From positions 71,106 through 135,105 of the forward strand of contig VMGB01000003.1 in NCBI GenBank assembly GCA_007376295.1: a DNA stretch of 64,000 nt, read 5' to 3'. The position numbers were made by a program, and so were the translations under genes. Below are positions 11,080-19,939 of the stretch, one piece after another. Position 1 is the first letter of the stretch. Each line of letters opens with the position of its first letter. Below the pieces are notes generated by a model. That model was not told where the DNA came from. It was given only the letters and a program-made list of their open reading frames with translations, and did not search any database. This DNA is from Parcubacteria group bacterium Gr01-1014_13. GTDB taxonomy: Bacteria; Patescibacteriota; Patescibacteriia; Magasanikbacterales; GWA2-37-8.

Positions 11080-13107
11080 ATGTCTTGGTCCAAAATGTTT
11101 TTTTGGATTAAAAAAAAGCCAGGTTCTCGGAGCGCAACCATGCCCTCTACGAGTTTTGATCAAAAATTAATAAAAAAAACCCGGTCAAACTTAATGCCTA
11201 GCTGGTCACAATTTAAATACTTGGGAAGTTTTTTGACAAAGATGGAAAAACTGGCGATAAATATTGCCTTTGCCGTACTTTTGTTTACAATTGTCGGCTG
11301 GGGTACGCTCTGGTTTTTTAAAAACATGGAACTTGTCGCGGCCAGTGGCGGAGAATATAGCGAAGCTTTAATAGGCCAGCCAAAATACGTGAATCCTCTT
11401 TTTACACCAGCGAGCGCCGTGGATGCTGATTTAGCATCACTCGTTTATTCTGGATTATTTCAATTTAACAACCAACAAAAATTATTGCCCGATCTGGCCA
11501 GTAATTATACTGTTTCCAGCGATGGCAAAATTTACGACATAAATTTACGCAAAGATGTGAAATGGTCTGATGGCGAACCGTTTAATGCCGATGACGTAAT
11601 TTATACTTTCCAAACTATTGCCGATCCGGAAGTTGGCAGCCCGCTACTGGCAGCATTCCAAAATGTGCAAGTAGAACGCACGGGAGATTATTCTGTTCGT
11701 TTTATCCTAAAAGATCCATTTGCTCCATTTTTGAGCAGTCTTACGGTTGGCATCTTGCCCCAACATACTTGGGCCAACATACCTCCGGCCGCTGTTAGAC
11801 TGGCCAAAACAAATCTACAGCCTGTCGGCTCTGGTCCATGGAAATTTAGCAAACTTACCAAGGATTCTAGCGGCAATATTCAAAACTACACGCTAGAACG
11901 AAACGATCAGTATTACAGAAATACCCCTTACCTGAAAACTTTGACTTTCAAATTTTATAGCGACTATACGCAGGCGGCCAGTGCCCTAAAAAGCCAAGAA
12001 GTAATGGCTATAAGTTTCCTGCCCAATGATTTGGCCGATAAAATTGCCGGTAAAAATTTTGAGTTATACAGATTTCAATTACCGCAATACAGCGCGCTAT
12101 TCTTTAACCAAGATGCCACACCGATTTTACGAGACAGTGATATGCGTTTGGCTTTGAGTTCGGCGATTAATAAAAATGAGATTTTAACCCAAGCGCTTGC
12201 CGGCGAAGGAGAGGTAGTAAATTCTCCAATTCTTAAAGACAACGTTGGCTACAATCCTTCCATCGCCTTTCCTGCATTTGACAGAGAAAAAGCAAATCAA
12301 ATCCTGGATAAAAACTGGAAAAAAATTGAGCCGGAAGAATTTTTTAAGTTTCAATACGACGCGGTTTTGAAAACCAGAAAAAACGAGATAGATGAACTGA
12401 AAAAAAATGCCACTACAACGATGACTACCACTACAACCACCACTACCGAGGGACAAGTAGAGCAAACTACCTTGACTCCAGAACAAGCGGCCGAAAAAAT
12501 CCAACAAATAGAAAAAGAGATTAGTGATTCGGTTCGCGAAGATATGAGTGCTGAACAAAGTTTTTATAGAAAAAATAAAGCCAATGAATTCTTGACCGTC
12601 ACTATTACCACTGCTGATACTCCAGAATACCAAAAAGTTGCGGCCTCTGTCGCCAAAATGTGGCGCGCAGTTGGTGTAAAAACAAAAATCCAGCTCGTCA
12701 ACAGCAATCAGATAGCCCGGGATGTTTTGCGAGACAGAAGTTACCAAGCCCTGCTTTATGGAGAAATTGTCGGCAGCGATCCAGACCCATATCCTTTCTG
12801 GCACTCTTCACAAATTAATTATCCGGGATTAAATTTATCCATGTTCGTAAACAGAACGGCTGATAAACTGTTAGAAGACGCCCGCGCCACCACTACCGAA
12901 AAAACACGCGCCGACTTATATGAAAAATTCCAACAGATTTTGGTAAAAGAACTTCCAGCCGTATTTCTGTACGCTCCTGTTTATGATTTTGTCGCCAGCC
13001 AAGAAATCAAAGGTATCACTTTCAAAAAAGTTTTTTCTCCAGCCGACAGATTTAATGATCTGGGCAACTGGTACATAAAAACAAAACGTCAGTGGCGCAG
13101 ATCCTAA
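11080..13107 (+). CDS. Peptide ABC transporter substrate-binding protein (family 5)
   Basis: PDLA, LRKDVKWSDGEPFNADDVIYT, PVGSGPWKF motifs; N-terminal TM anchor. Confidence 0.9.
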   Translation: MSWSKMFFWIKKKPGSRSATMPSTSFDQKLIKKTRSNLMPSWSQFKYLGSFLTKMEKLAINIAFAVLLFTIVGWGTLWFFKNMELVAASGGEYSEALIGQPKYVNPLFTPASAVDADLASLVYSGLFQFNNQQKLLPDLASNYTVSSDGKIYDINLRKDVKWSDGEPFNADDVIYTFQTIADPEVGSPLLAAFQNVQVERTGDYSVRFILKDPFAPFLSSLTVGILPQHTWANIPPAAVRLAKTNLQPVGSGPWKFSKLTKDSSGNIQNYTLERNDQYYRNTPYLKTLTFKFYSDYTQAASALKSQEVMAISFLPNDLADKIAGKNFELYRFQLPQYSALFFNQDATPILRDSDMRLALSSAINKNEILTQALAGEGEVVNSPILKDNVGYNPSIAFPAFDREKANQILDKNWKKIEPEEFFKFQYDAVLKTRKNEIDELKKNATTTMTTTTTTTTEGQVEQTTLTPEQAAEKIQQIEKEISDSVREDMSAEQSFYRKNKANEFLTVTITTADTPEYQKVAASVAKMWRAVGVKTKIQLVNSNQIARDVLRDRSYQALLYGEIVGSDPDPYPFWHSSQINYPGLNLSMFVNRTADKLLEDARATTTEKTRADLYEKFQQILVKELPAVFLYAPVYDFVASQEIKGITFKKVFSPADRFNDLGNWYIKTKRQWRRS

Positions 13108-13117
13108 ACCAAACAAA

Positions 13118-13199
13118 GGGCGAGTGGCGGAACTGGTATACGCGTACGTCTCAGAAGCGTATGGAGCAATCCTTGAGAGTTCAAGTCTCTCTTCGCCCA
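13118..13199 (+). tRNA. tRNA-Leu (CAG)
   Basis: GGGCGAG/TTCGCCC acceptor; TACGT-CTCAGAA-GCGTA anticodon arm; long variable arm. Confidence 0.93.
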
Positions 13200-13298
13200 C
13201 ATAATTATAATCTTAAAACACGTATCTCATAACGTAATTTAAACTGTGAGAAACTTTTATGCCTTAGTCGTAAAAGTATTTAAAGTAGAAAAATATAT

Positions 13299-15137
13299 AT
13301 GATCAAAGATCAGCCCGGCCAGCCCTTAAAACCAACACCTGCTTCTCCTGCAAGCGGCGGCTTTGGTTCTCACCAACAAAGACAAAGGAGAGTTTTTCAG
13401 ACTAGCCGAAACCAACCGGCAACGAGCAGGTTACAAAAAACACCGATGCCTTCTTTTGCGCGCCTGCGAGGAGAAGAGAAAAAATTAAGAGTCGCTGTTA
13501 TTGGCGGCTTAGAAGAAATTGGCCGCAATTGCACCATGTTTGAATATGGTGATGATATTATCCTCGTTGATTTGGGCTTGCAATTCCCTGAGGAAGACAT
13601 GCCTGGAATTGATTACATCATTCCCAACATGAGCTACCTCAAAGGCAAGGAAAAAAATGTTCGTGGTGTTATTATCACCCACGCTCACTACGACCATATC
13701 GGCGGTATCCCCCATCTTATTCCAATGTTAGGCTACCCTCCTATATACGGCCTGCCTCTGACTAATGCTGTTATTAAAAAACGCCAGGAAGATTACAAAG
13801 GCTTACGTCCTTTAAATCTTCATAACGTTGGCCTAAATGACAAACTGGCTTTAGGATCTTTTGAGATAGAATTTTTCCATCTTAATCACAATATCCCTGA
13901 CTCAATGGGAGTGGTTATCAAAACCGCTGAAGGAATTATTATCCATACTGGAGATTGGAAATTCGACTACCAACCAACCGGAGAACCACCAGCTGATTTA
14001 CAAAAAATTGCTAAAATCGGCAGCGAAGGTGTACTCGCTTTGTTTTCTGACAGCACTAATGCTTCTCAACCTGGACACCAAATTTCCGAATCAGAAATTG
14101 GCGTCAATTTGGAAGACTTAATTTCCAAAGCCACTGGCCGAATAATTATCGGCACTTTTGCTTCCTTACTTACCCGCATCAAACAAATTATTGAAGTTTC
14201 CGAAAAACTGGGCAAGGTTGTCGCGCTCGGTGGTTTTAGTATAAAAAGCAACGTAGAAATCGCTAAAGAATTGGGTTATATGAAATTCAATCCAAAAACT
14301 TTGGTGGATATGCGTCATCTGGATAATTATCCTCATAATAAGATAGTGGTAATTTGTACAGGCGCGCAAGGAGAAAAAAATGCTTCGCTGATGCGCATTG
14401 CCAACGGCGAACACAGAGAAATTAAACTGGTGACGGGAGATACGGTTGTTTTTTCTTCTTCTGTTATCCCGGGAAATGAACGCATGGTGCAACGCCTAAA
14501 GGACACCATCTTCCGCAAAGGAGCTGAAGTGGTTCATCACCAAATGATGGATGTGCACGCTGGCGGACATGCCAAAGCTGAAGATGTGAAGCTGATGATT
14601 CGTCTGCTCAATCCAAAATATTTTGTACCTATCCACGGCAATCATTTTCTTTTGCGTTACAACGGTAAAATTGCGCAGTCAATGGGCTATGCCAAAGAAA
14701 ATATTTTCATTGCCGACAATGGCCAAATCATGGAATTTACCAAAGGCACAGGCGTGCTCACCAAAGTTAAAATTCCGTCTGACCATGTGTTTGTCGATGG
14801 TTTGGGCGTAAGTGACGAAACCAATATCGTATTGCGCGACCGCCAAGTGTTGGCCGAAGATGGTATGGTGGTAATAATCGCCACTGTCGATAGTAAGACT
14901 GGTAAACTTATTCAAAACCCTGATATTATTTCCCGCGGCTTTGTTTTCCTTAAAGAACACAAAGAGTTAATCGAAGATTTGCGCCATCGCGTAAAGAAAA
15001 TGGTCAGTGATTCTGATCCTCTATCTTGGGCTGATACGAATAATATAAAAAATAAACTGCGCGATAATGTTGGCCAATTCTTGTTTACTAAAACAGAAAA
15101 ACGGCCGATGATTTTGCCGGTTATTATAGAAGTATAA
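13299..15137 (+). CDS. rnj: Ribonuclease J
   Basis: GGLEEIGRN, THAHYDHIGG, HTGDWK, DSTN, HAGGHA, RPMILPVI. Confidence 0.96.
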   Translation: MIKDQPGQPLKPTPASPASGGFGSHQQRQRRVFQTSRNQPATSRLQKTPMPSFARLRGEEKKLRVAVIGGLEEIGRNCTMFEYGDDIILVDLGLQFPEEDMPGIDYIIPNMSYLKGKEKNVRGVIITHAHYDHIGGIPHLIPMLGYPPIYGLPLTNAVIKKRQEDYKGLRPLNLHNVGLNDKLALGSFEIEFFHLNHNIPDSMGVVIKTAEGIIIHTGDWKFDYQPTGEPPADLQKIAKIGSEGVLALFSDSTNASQPGHQISESEIGVNLEDLISKATGRIIIGTFASLLTRIKQIIEVSEKLGKVVALGGFSIKSNVEIAKELGYMKFNPKTLVDMRHLDNYPHNKIVVICTGAQGEKNASLMRIANGEHREIKLVTGDTVVFSSSVIPGNERMVQRLKDTIFRKGAEVVHHQMMDVHAGGHAKAEDVKLMIRLLNPKYFVPIHGNHFLLRYNGKIAQSMGYAKENIFIADNGQIMEFTKGTGVLTKVKIPSDHVFVDGLGVSDETNIVLRDRQVLAEDGMVVIIATVDSKTGKLIQNPDIISRGFVFLKEHKELIEDLRHRVKKMVSDSDPLSWADTNNIKNKLRDNVGQFLFTKTEKRPMILPVIIEV

Positions 15138-15147
15138 AATTAAACAC

Positions 15148-15182
15148 CAAAAAATCCTCCCAGTGGAGGATTTTTTGTTTTT
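15148..15182 (+). terminator. Intrinsic terminator after rnj
   Basis: CAAAAAATCCTCC-CAGT-GGAGGATTTTTTG followed by a T tract. Confidence 0.85.
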
Positions 15183-15234
15183 GCGTATAAAATCTAAATG
15201 AGATATAATGACTTCGATTTAATTTAATAAAAAT

Positions 15235-16245
15235 ATGCCTTCCAAACTAAAAATTTCCTTCTACGGCATCTGGCCAGAAATGAAAGACTACGTCCGCGCC
15301 AAAATGCGCGGTTTCCACACCACCATTTCCAGCGACAAAATTAACGAGGAAAATTTGGCTACCGATACGGACATATTGGCTGTTTTTGTAGAAGCGCCGG
15401 TTACCAAAAAAATAATGGACAAGTTACCTAACTTAAAAATGATCGCTACCATGAGTACTGGTTTTGATCATATAGATTTGACTACGGCAAAAAAACTCAA
15501 AATTCCAGTCTGTAATGTGCCTACTTACGGTGAAAATACCGTAGCCGAACACACCATGGCCCTAATATTGGGATTAACCCGCAAATTATTCCCTTCCGTA
15601 AAAAGAGTAAAAGAAGGCGTGTACGATTTTCATGGACTACGCGGGGTAGATTTAAAAAGTAAAACCTTGGGTATTGTTGGCACTGGCCATATTGGCACGC
15701 ATGTCATCAAAATGGCCTGTGGTTTTGAATTAAACATAATCGCCTTTGATGCATACCCTAATAAAGATTTGGCCAAAAAGCTAGGATTCAAATATGTTTC
15801 TCTAGCCAAACTTTTGGCCGAATCGGATATTATTAGCCTGCATACACCATTACTGCCTACGACTTACCATTTGATAAACAAGAAAAATATTAAGCAGATT
15901 AAAAAAGGAGCTTACCTTATAAATACCGCCCGTGGCGCCTTAGTGGATCCGGAAGCTATCGTCTGGGGATTACAAAACAATCATTTGGCCGGCGTGGGAC
16001 TAGATGTTTTGGAGGATGAAAATTTAATTCAGAATCACGAACAGGTTATCTCTTCCGACAAAAACAAAATCAAAACTACGCTTTTTAATGAAATGATTAT
16101 CGACCACCCCAACTCTATTGTTACCCCGCACAATGCATTCAACAGTACCGAGGCTCTGCAAAGAATTGTGGATGTGACGGTGGATAATATACAATCTTTT
16201 GCTAACGGCCAGACAAAAAACAACGTTGCCACGTCAAAAAAATAA
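15235..16245 (+). CDS. D-isomer-specific 2-hydroxyacid dehydrogenase (D-lactate dehydrogenase-like)
   Basis: STGFDHID, VAEH, GTGHIG, INTARG, LDVLE, TPHNAF. Confidence 0.92.
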   Translation: MPSKLKISFYGIWPEMKDYVRAKMRGFHTTISSDKINEENLATDTDILAVFVEAPVTKKIMDKLPNLKMIATMSTGFDHIDLTTAKKLKIPVCNVPTYGENTVAEHTMALILGLTRKLFPSVKRVKEGVYDFHGLRGVDLKSKTLGIVGTGHIGTHVIKMACGFELNIIAFDAYPNKDLAKKLGFKYVSLAKLLAESDIISLHTPLLPTTYHLINKKNIKQIKKGAYLINTARGALVDPEAIVWGLQNNHLAGVGLDVLEDENLIQNHEQVISSDKNKIKTTLFNEMIIDHPNSIVTPHNAFNSTEALQRIVDVTVDNIQSFANGQTKNNVATSKK

Positions 16246-16428
16246 CAGTTTTCTTCATTTATCCACAGAAATTTGCGTTTTTGGCATTGATTTTTTGTCA
16301 ATTTTATGGTATAATTATTGTAACAACGTTACAATCTTCGTAACTCTTGAGGTTAAAAGGTCGTTCTCCTTGCGAGTCACAAATATATTTCAATAATATT
16401 AATTTTAAACAATAAACAACCAATTTCT

Positions 16429-18246
16429 ATGAAAAATATCGCCAAAATTTTAGTTTTGTCATTTTTGTTTACATTTGCTTTCACCGCGGCCAAACCGGCG
16501 AAAGCTTTTTATTTAGAAGTGCCAGCAAGCGTAAAAGGTTTGCTGTCCATATTTAAATCTCGTCAAAGTATAGCTCAGGAATCCGGAACAATGACTCCGA
16601 TGCCTATGCCTACGAATATGACATATCCAACGGACGGCGGCACACAACAATACCAACAACCTATGCCGATGCCATCTGGAGATATGAGCCAGTACCCAAT
16701 GCAGGGTACGCAACAATATCCGATGCCGTCTGGTGATATGAATCAACAGTACCCGATGCAAGGCACACAACAATACCCAATGCCTCCTTCTGGCGATATG
16801 AATCAACAACCTATGCCTTATACAGGCATGATGTCTTCTTCTGGTCAGTACCCAATGCAGGGTACGCAACAATACCCAGACATGAAACAACCAGGGATGA
16901 TGCCCCCTTCTGGCGATCAATATAAACAATACCCAGACAATAAAAACATGATGCAAGGAGATCGCCAAGGTATGCCTTATGGCGACCAACGTGAAGGCAT
17001 GCAAGGTGATCAAAGAATGGGCGACCAAGGCCAAGACAGCGGCAAACAATTGGAGCAAATGAAACGCAGCATGAAACAAATGGGACGCATGGTAAAACAA
17101 TTTGACTCAATGATCGCCAGCGCCGAGAAAAAAGGCACCTCTGTTCCCGAAGAAATAAAACAAAATTTAGCCAAGCTAAAAAGTATTTTGGAAGCTGTGC
17201 AAAATGCCAAAAGCATGGAAGAACTGCAAGACGTGGATATGAATTCCATGCAGGACTTAACGCAATCTTTGGAAGACTTCAGACGCAATGTCATGGAGGC
17301 GCAACAAAGACTTGACGGCATGAAGCGCGGCATGAAAGGTATGGAACAGGCTTTAAAAATGTTTAAAAGCCAAATTGCGAGATTAACTAAACAAAAAGTT
17401 GTAGTTCCTACGGAAGTTACCGAAAACATTGCCAAACTTGAAGAAATTATAACAACTATAAAAAATGCCAAGACAGCTGAAGAAATGGATGCTATTGACT
17501 TTGAGTCCATGCAAGATTTAATGCAAACTATGGACCAAAATCGTCAACAGCTAGAAATGTTAGCCCGCTGGCCTCAGGCTTTAAAACAAATAGACCGCCA
17601 ATTAACTCAATTAAACTCTGCCTTAAAGCAATCAAAAATCATTGTTGATCGCTTAGCCAAAAAAGGCACTGATCTTCAAGCTGAATATGCCGCCTTTGCG
17701 GAAGCGGTCGCTAAATTGAAAATTGTTCGTGACGACGCCGTCGCCAAAATGGCTGCCGGCAGTTCTGAAGAAGCATTCTCTGCCTTAGAAGATGATTTCT
17801 TTGGTCAAATGGAAGACGTTTGGCAACATCAAAGAGTAATTATGATGGTAAGTAACTTGGGAAGATTCGCTTCGGAATTTAAACGAGGTGTAGCTGAAGG
17901 TCAAGCAACCATCAACAAACTAAAAAGAAAGAAGATAGACACTTCTGAATTGGTAGTTATCTTCAATCAAGCTAAAGAAAAAGGCCAAGAAATTCTTAAT
18001 CTTCTCAAAGCCAAACCATTAGATATGGATGCAATTACTGGCGCTATGGATGAATTAGAAAACATAACCCAAGAGTTTGACTCCAAAGCTAGTGAACTGG
18101 GCGGCGAAGAAGAACGAATGCCTTGGGAAGAAGGTCCGCAACAATTCAGACGCGTAGACTTACCTCAAGGATTTGATAAATTTGTTCCTCAAAGACAAGA
18201 AGCTCAAACTTCACAGTCTACAGAAACACAAACACAAACTCAATAA
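16429..18246 (+). CDS. Secreted protein with Q/P/M-rich tandem repeats and coiled-coil helical repeats
   Basis: Signal peptide (AKA cleavage site); QYPMQGTQQYP repeats; duplicated helical module. Confidence 0.8.
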   Translation: MKNIAKILVLSFLFTFAFTAAKPAKAFYLEVPASVKGLLSIFKSRQSIAQESGTMTPMPMPTNMTYPTDGGTQQYQQPMPMPSGDMSQYPMQGTQQYPMPSGDMNQQYPMQGTQQYPMPPSGDMNQQPMPYTGMMSSSGQYPMQGTQQYPDMKQPGMMPPSGDQYKQYPDNKNMMQGDRQGMPYGDQREGMQGDQRMGDQGQDSGKQLEQMKRSMKQMGRMVKQFDSMIASAEKKGTSVPEEIKQNLAKLKSILEAVQNAKSMEELQDVDMNSMQDLTQSLEDFRRNVMEAQQRLDGMKRGMKGMEQALKMFKSQIARLTKQKVVVPTEVTENIAKLEEIITTIKNAKTAEEMDAIDFESMQDLMQTMDQNRQQLEMLARWPQALKQIDRQLTQLNSALKQSKIIVDRLAKKGTDLQAEYAAFAEAVAKLKIVRDDAVAKMAAGSSEEAFSALEDDFFGQMEDVWQHQRVIMMVSNLGRFASEFKRGVAEGQATINKLKRKKIDTSELVVIFNQAKEKGQEILNLLKAKPLDMDAITGAMDELENITQEFDSKASELGGEEERMPWEEGPQQFRRVDLPQGFDKFVPQRQEAQTSQSTETQTQTQ

Positions 18247-18252
18247 AAAAAC

Positions 18253-18296
18253 TGCAAAACAAAAACGTCCCAATAAAGGGGCGTTTTTGTTTTGCA
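18253..18296. terminator. Bidirectional terminator shared with the rnpB 3' end
   Basis: TGCAAAACAAAAACGTCCC...GGGGCGTTTTTGTTTTGCA inverted repeat. Confidence 0.8.
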
Positions 18297-18663
18297 TAGT
18301 ATAAGCCGAATTTTGTTTCCGACTTGCGTCGGATGATAATCATTTCTCTAGGATTGATATTGCTACCAATCTCAAGCGAGCGAACTTTTTATCTCCTTTA
18401 GAGAGACTCTGCTCTTGCGTCCAAGTAAGGATTTAGCCGTTTCATCTCTCGACTTACTACCTCCATCGAGAGTTAAGCAATCATTTTTGATTTCCCAAAA
18501 ATCTGAGGTTTGCTTTCTTTTTCTTTTCAAAAAAAGACGTTTCTGCTCGCACCTTGGGCCTTGCGGCCAATGGGGGTTACCCACTACTTTTCTCCGACGT
18601 GACCTTCGGAGTGAACGTTCGGACTTTCCTCCCTGACTTACATCAAGGCGATCATCACTATGC
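18294..18663 (-). ncRNA. rnpB: RNase P RNA
   Basis: Minus strand carries GATGATCGCC, GGGAGGAAAGTCCG and AACAAAATTCGGCTTAT universal motifs; P1 helix GCATAGT/ACTATGC. Confidence 0.93.
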
Positions 18664-18669
18664 GCCGAT

Positions 18670-18698
18670 ATATTATCATAAATTAGGTGTTTTGTCAA
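18670..18698 (-). promoter_or_regulatory. sigma70 promoter of rnpB
   Basis: TTGACA-17 nt-TAATAT with TG extended -10, just upstream of the P1 5' end. Confidence 0.7.
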
Positions 18699-18717
18699 GA
18701 TAAAAAGTAAAAAAAGA

Positions 18718-19920
18718 AGGCGATCAAGACAGCCAGTTTATCGTCTTTTCAGACACCACGGACATCGTCTTGATCGCCTAGAAAAAGGGCCGGTGAGAGA
18801 CATCAATTAGATCGTTCCGAAGAACGGCAGGCATATCGTCTCTCACCTGCAAAAAAGGTGGTGGGTGGGACAGTAAAGCATTCGTCTTTCAGACACTGTG
18901 TGTATCGTCTCACCCACCGAAAAAGATGTGGCTGACAGAATTCGTATCGTTTCAATTAAAAAACATCGTAACGATCGTCAGCCACAAAAAGGGTAGAGGG
19001 TGCATTCAAGTTTTCGTTCCAATTAAGGAACACGCTCGCGCTCGCACCCTCTTCAAAAAATTCAACGAATTAAACTTTTTGAAAAGGGGCCGGTGAGGGA
19101 CACTCGCGCTATCGTTCCAAAGAACACCGCACTGCTCATCTCTCACCGGCTAAAAAATTATGGCTGACACCTCCTCTTTCGTCTTAATCAAGAGACACCT
19201 TATGAGACATCAGCCACAAAAATGGTAGAGGATGCAATTAATGAATCGTTCCAATTAAAGAACATTGATTCGAGCGCACCCTCTCCAGAATTTATTTATA
19301 TAAAAATACGCTCTGGAAAAGGTGGTGAGTGGGACAGCATAAGTATCGTCTTTCCAGACAATGGAGTACACGTCCCACTCACCGAAAAGGATGTGGCTGA
19401 CATTAGCTGTATCGTCCCAATTAAGAGACAAGAACACAGTCGTCAGCCACAAAAGGTTGAGGATGCACACCTATATCGTTCCAATTAAGGAACACTGACA
19501 CTCTCGCACCCTCTTCAAAATCACTTTATTTTTTTAAAGTAACTTTGAAAAGGTAGCGAACGAGACATCACCTACTACGTCTTTATAGACAACGCTCATG
19601 TCGTCTCGTTCGCCGAAAATAGGAACCGGTGAGGGACATTGCTGTGGTCGTTCCGAAGAACAAAAGATCGCATCGTCTCTCGCCGGCTAAAAAAGATGTG
19701 GTTGACACCTCTCCTTTCGTCTCAATTAAGAGACGGGAAACATGTCGTCAGCCACAAAAGGGAGAGGGTACAAGACGCCAATCGTTCTAATTAAAGAACA
19801 AAGCCTGCTTCGCACCCTCTTCAAAATCACTTTATTTTTTAAAGTAACTTTGAAAAGGGCCGGTGATAGACAGCGAGTCACTCGTTCCGAAGAACAGGTG
19901 GGTTCTCGTCTCTCACCGGC
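18718..19920 (-). repeat. Dual-spacer stem-loop array (TIGR-like), downstream arm, 16 units
   Basis: Units read on + as outer stem-CA-N9-TCG-inner hairpin-CA-N9-TCG-outer stem; stems conserved, spacers variable; A-tract linkers; four AT-rich hairpin separators. Confidence 0.9.
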
Positions 19921-19939
19921 TAAAAATTTAAAGAGCTAA

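Noticed and set aside
18372-18698. 108-aa and 73-aa ORFs
   Set aside because: They overlap the RNase P RNA
19222-19488. Short ORFs within the arrays (also 19742, 21538-23052)
   Set aside because: Translations simply mirror the repeat units
19860-19920. Reconstructed target GTGACTCGCGGTGGGTTC as a tRNA T-arm
   Set aside because: Resemblance is limited to GGTTC and no tRNA in the window matches
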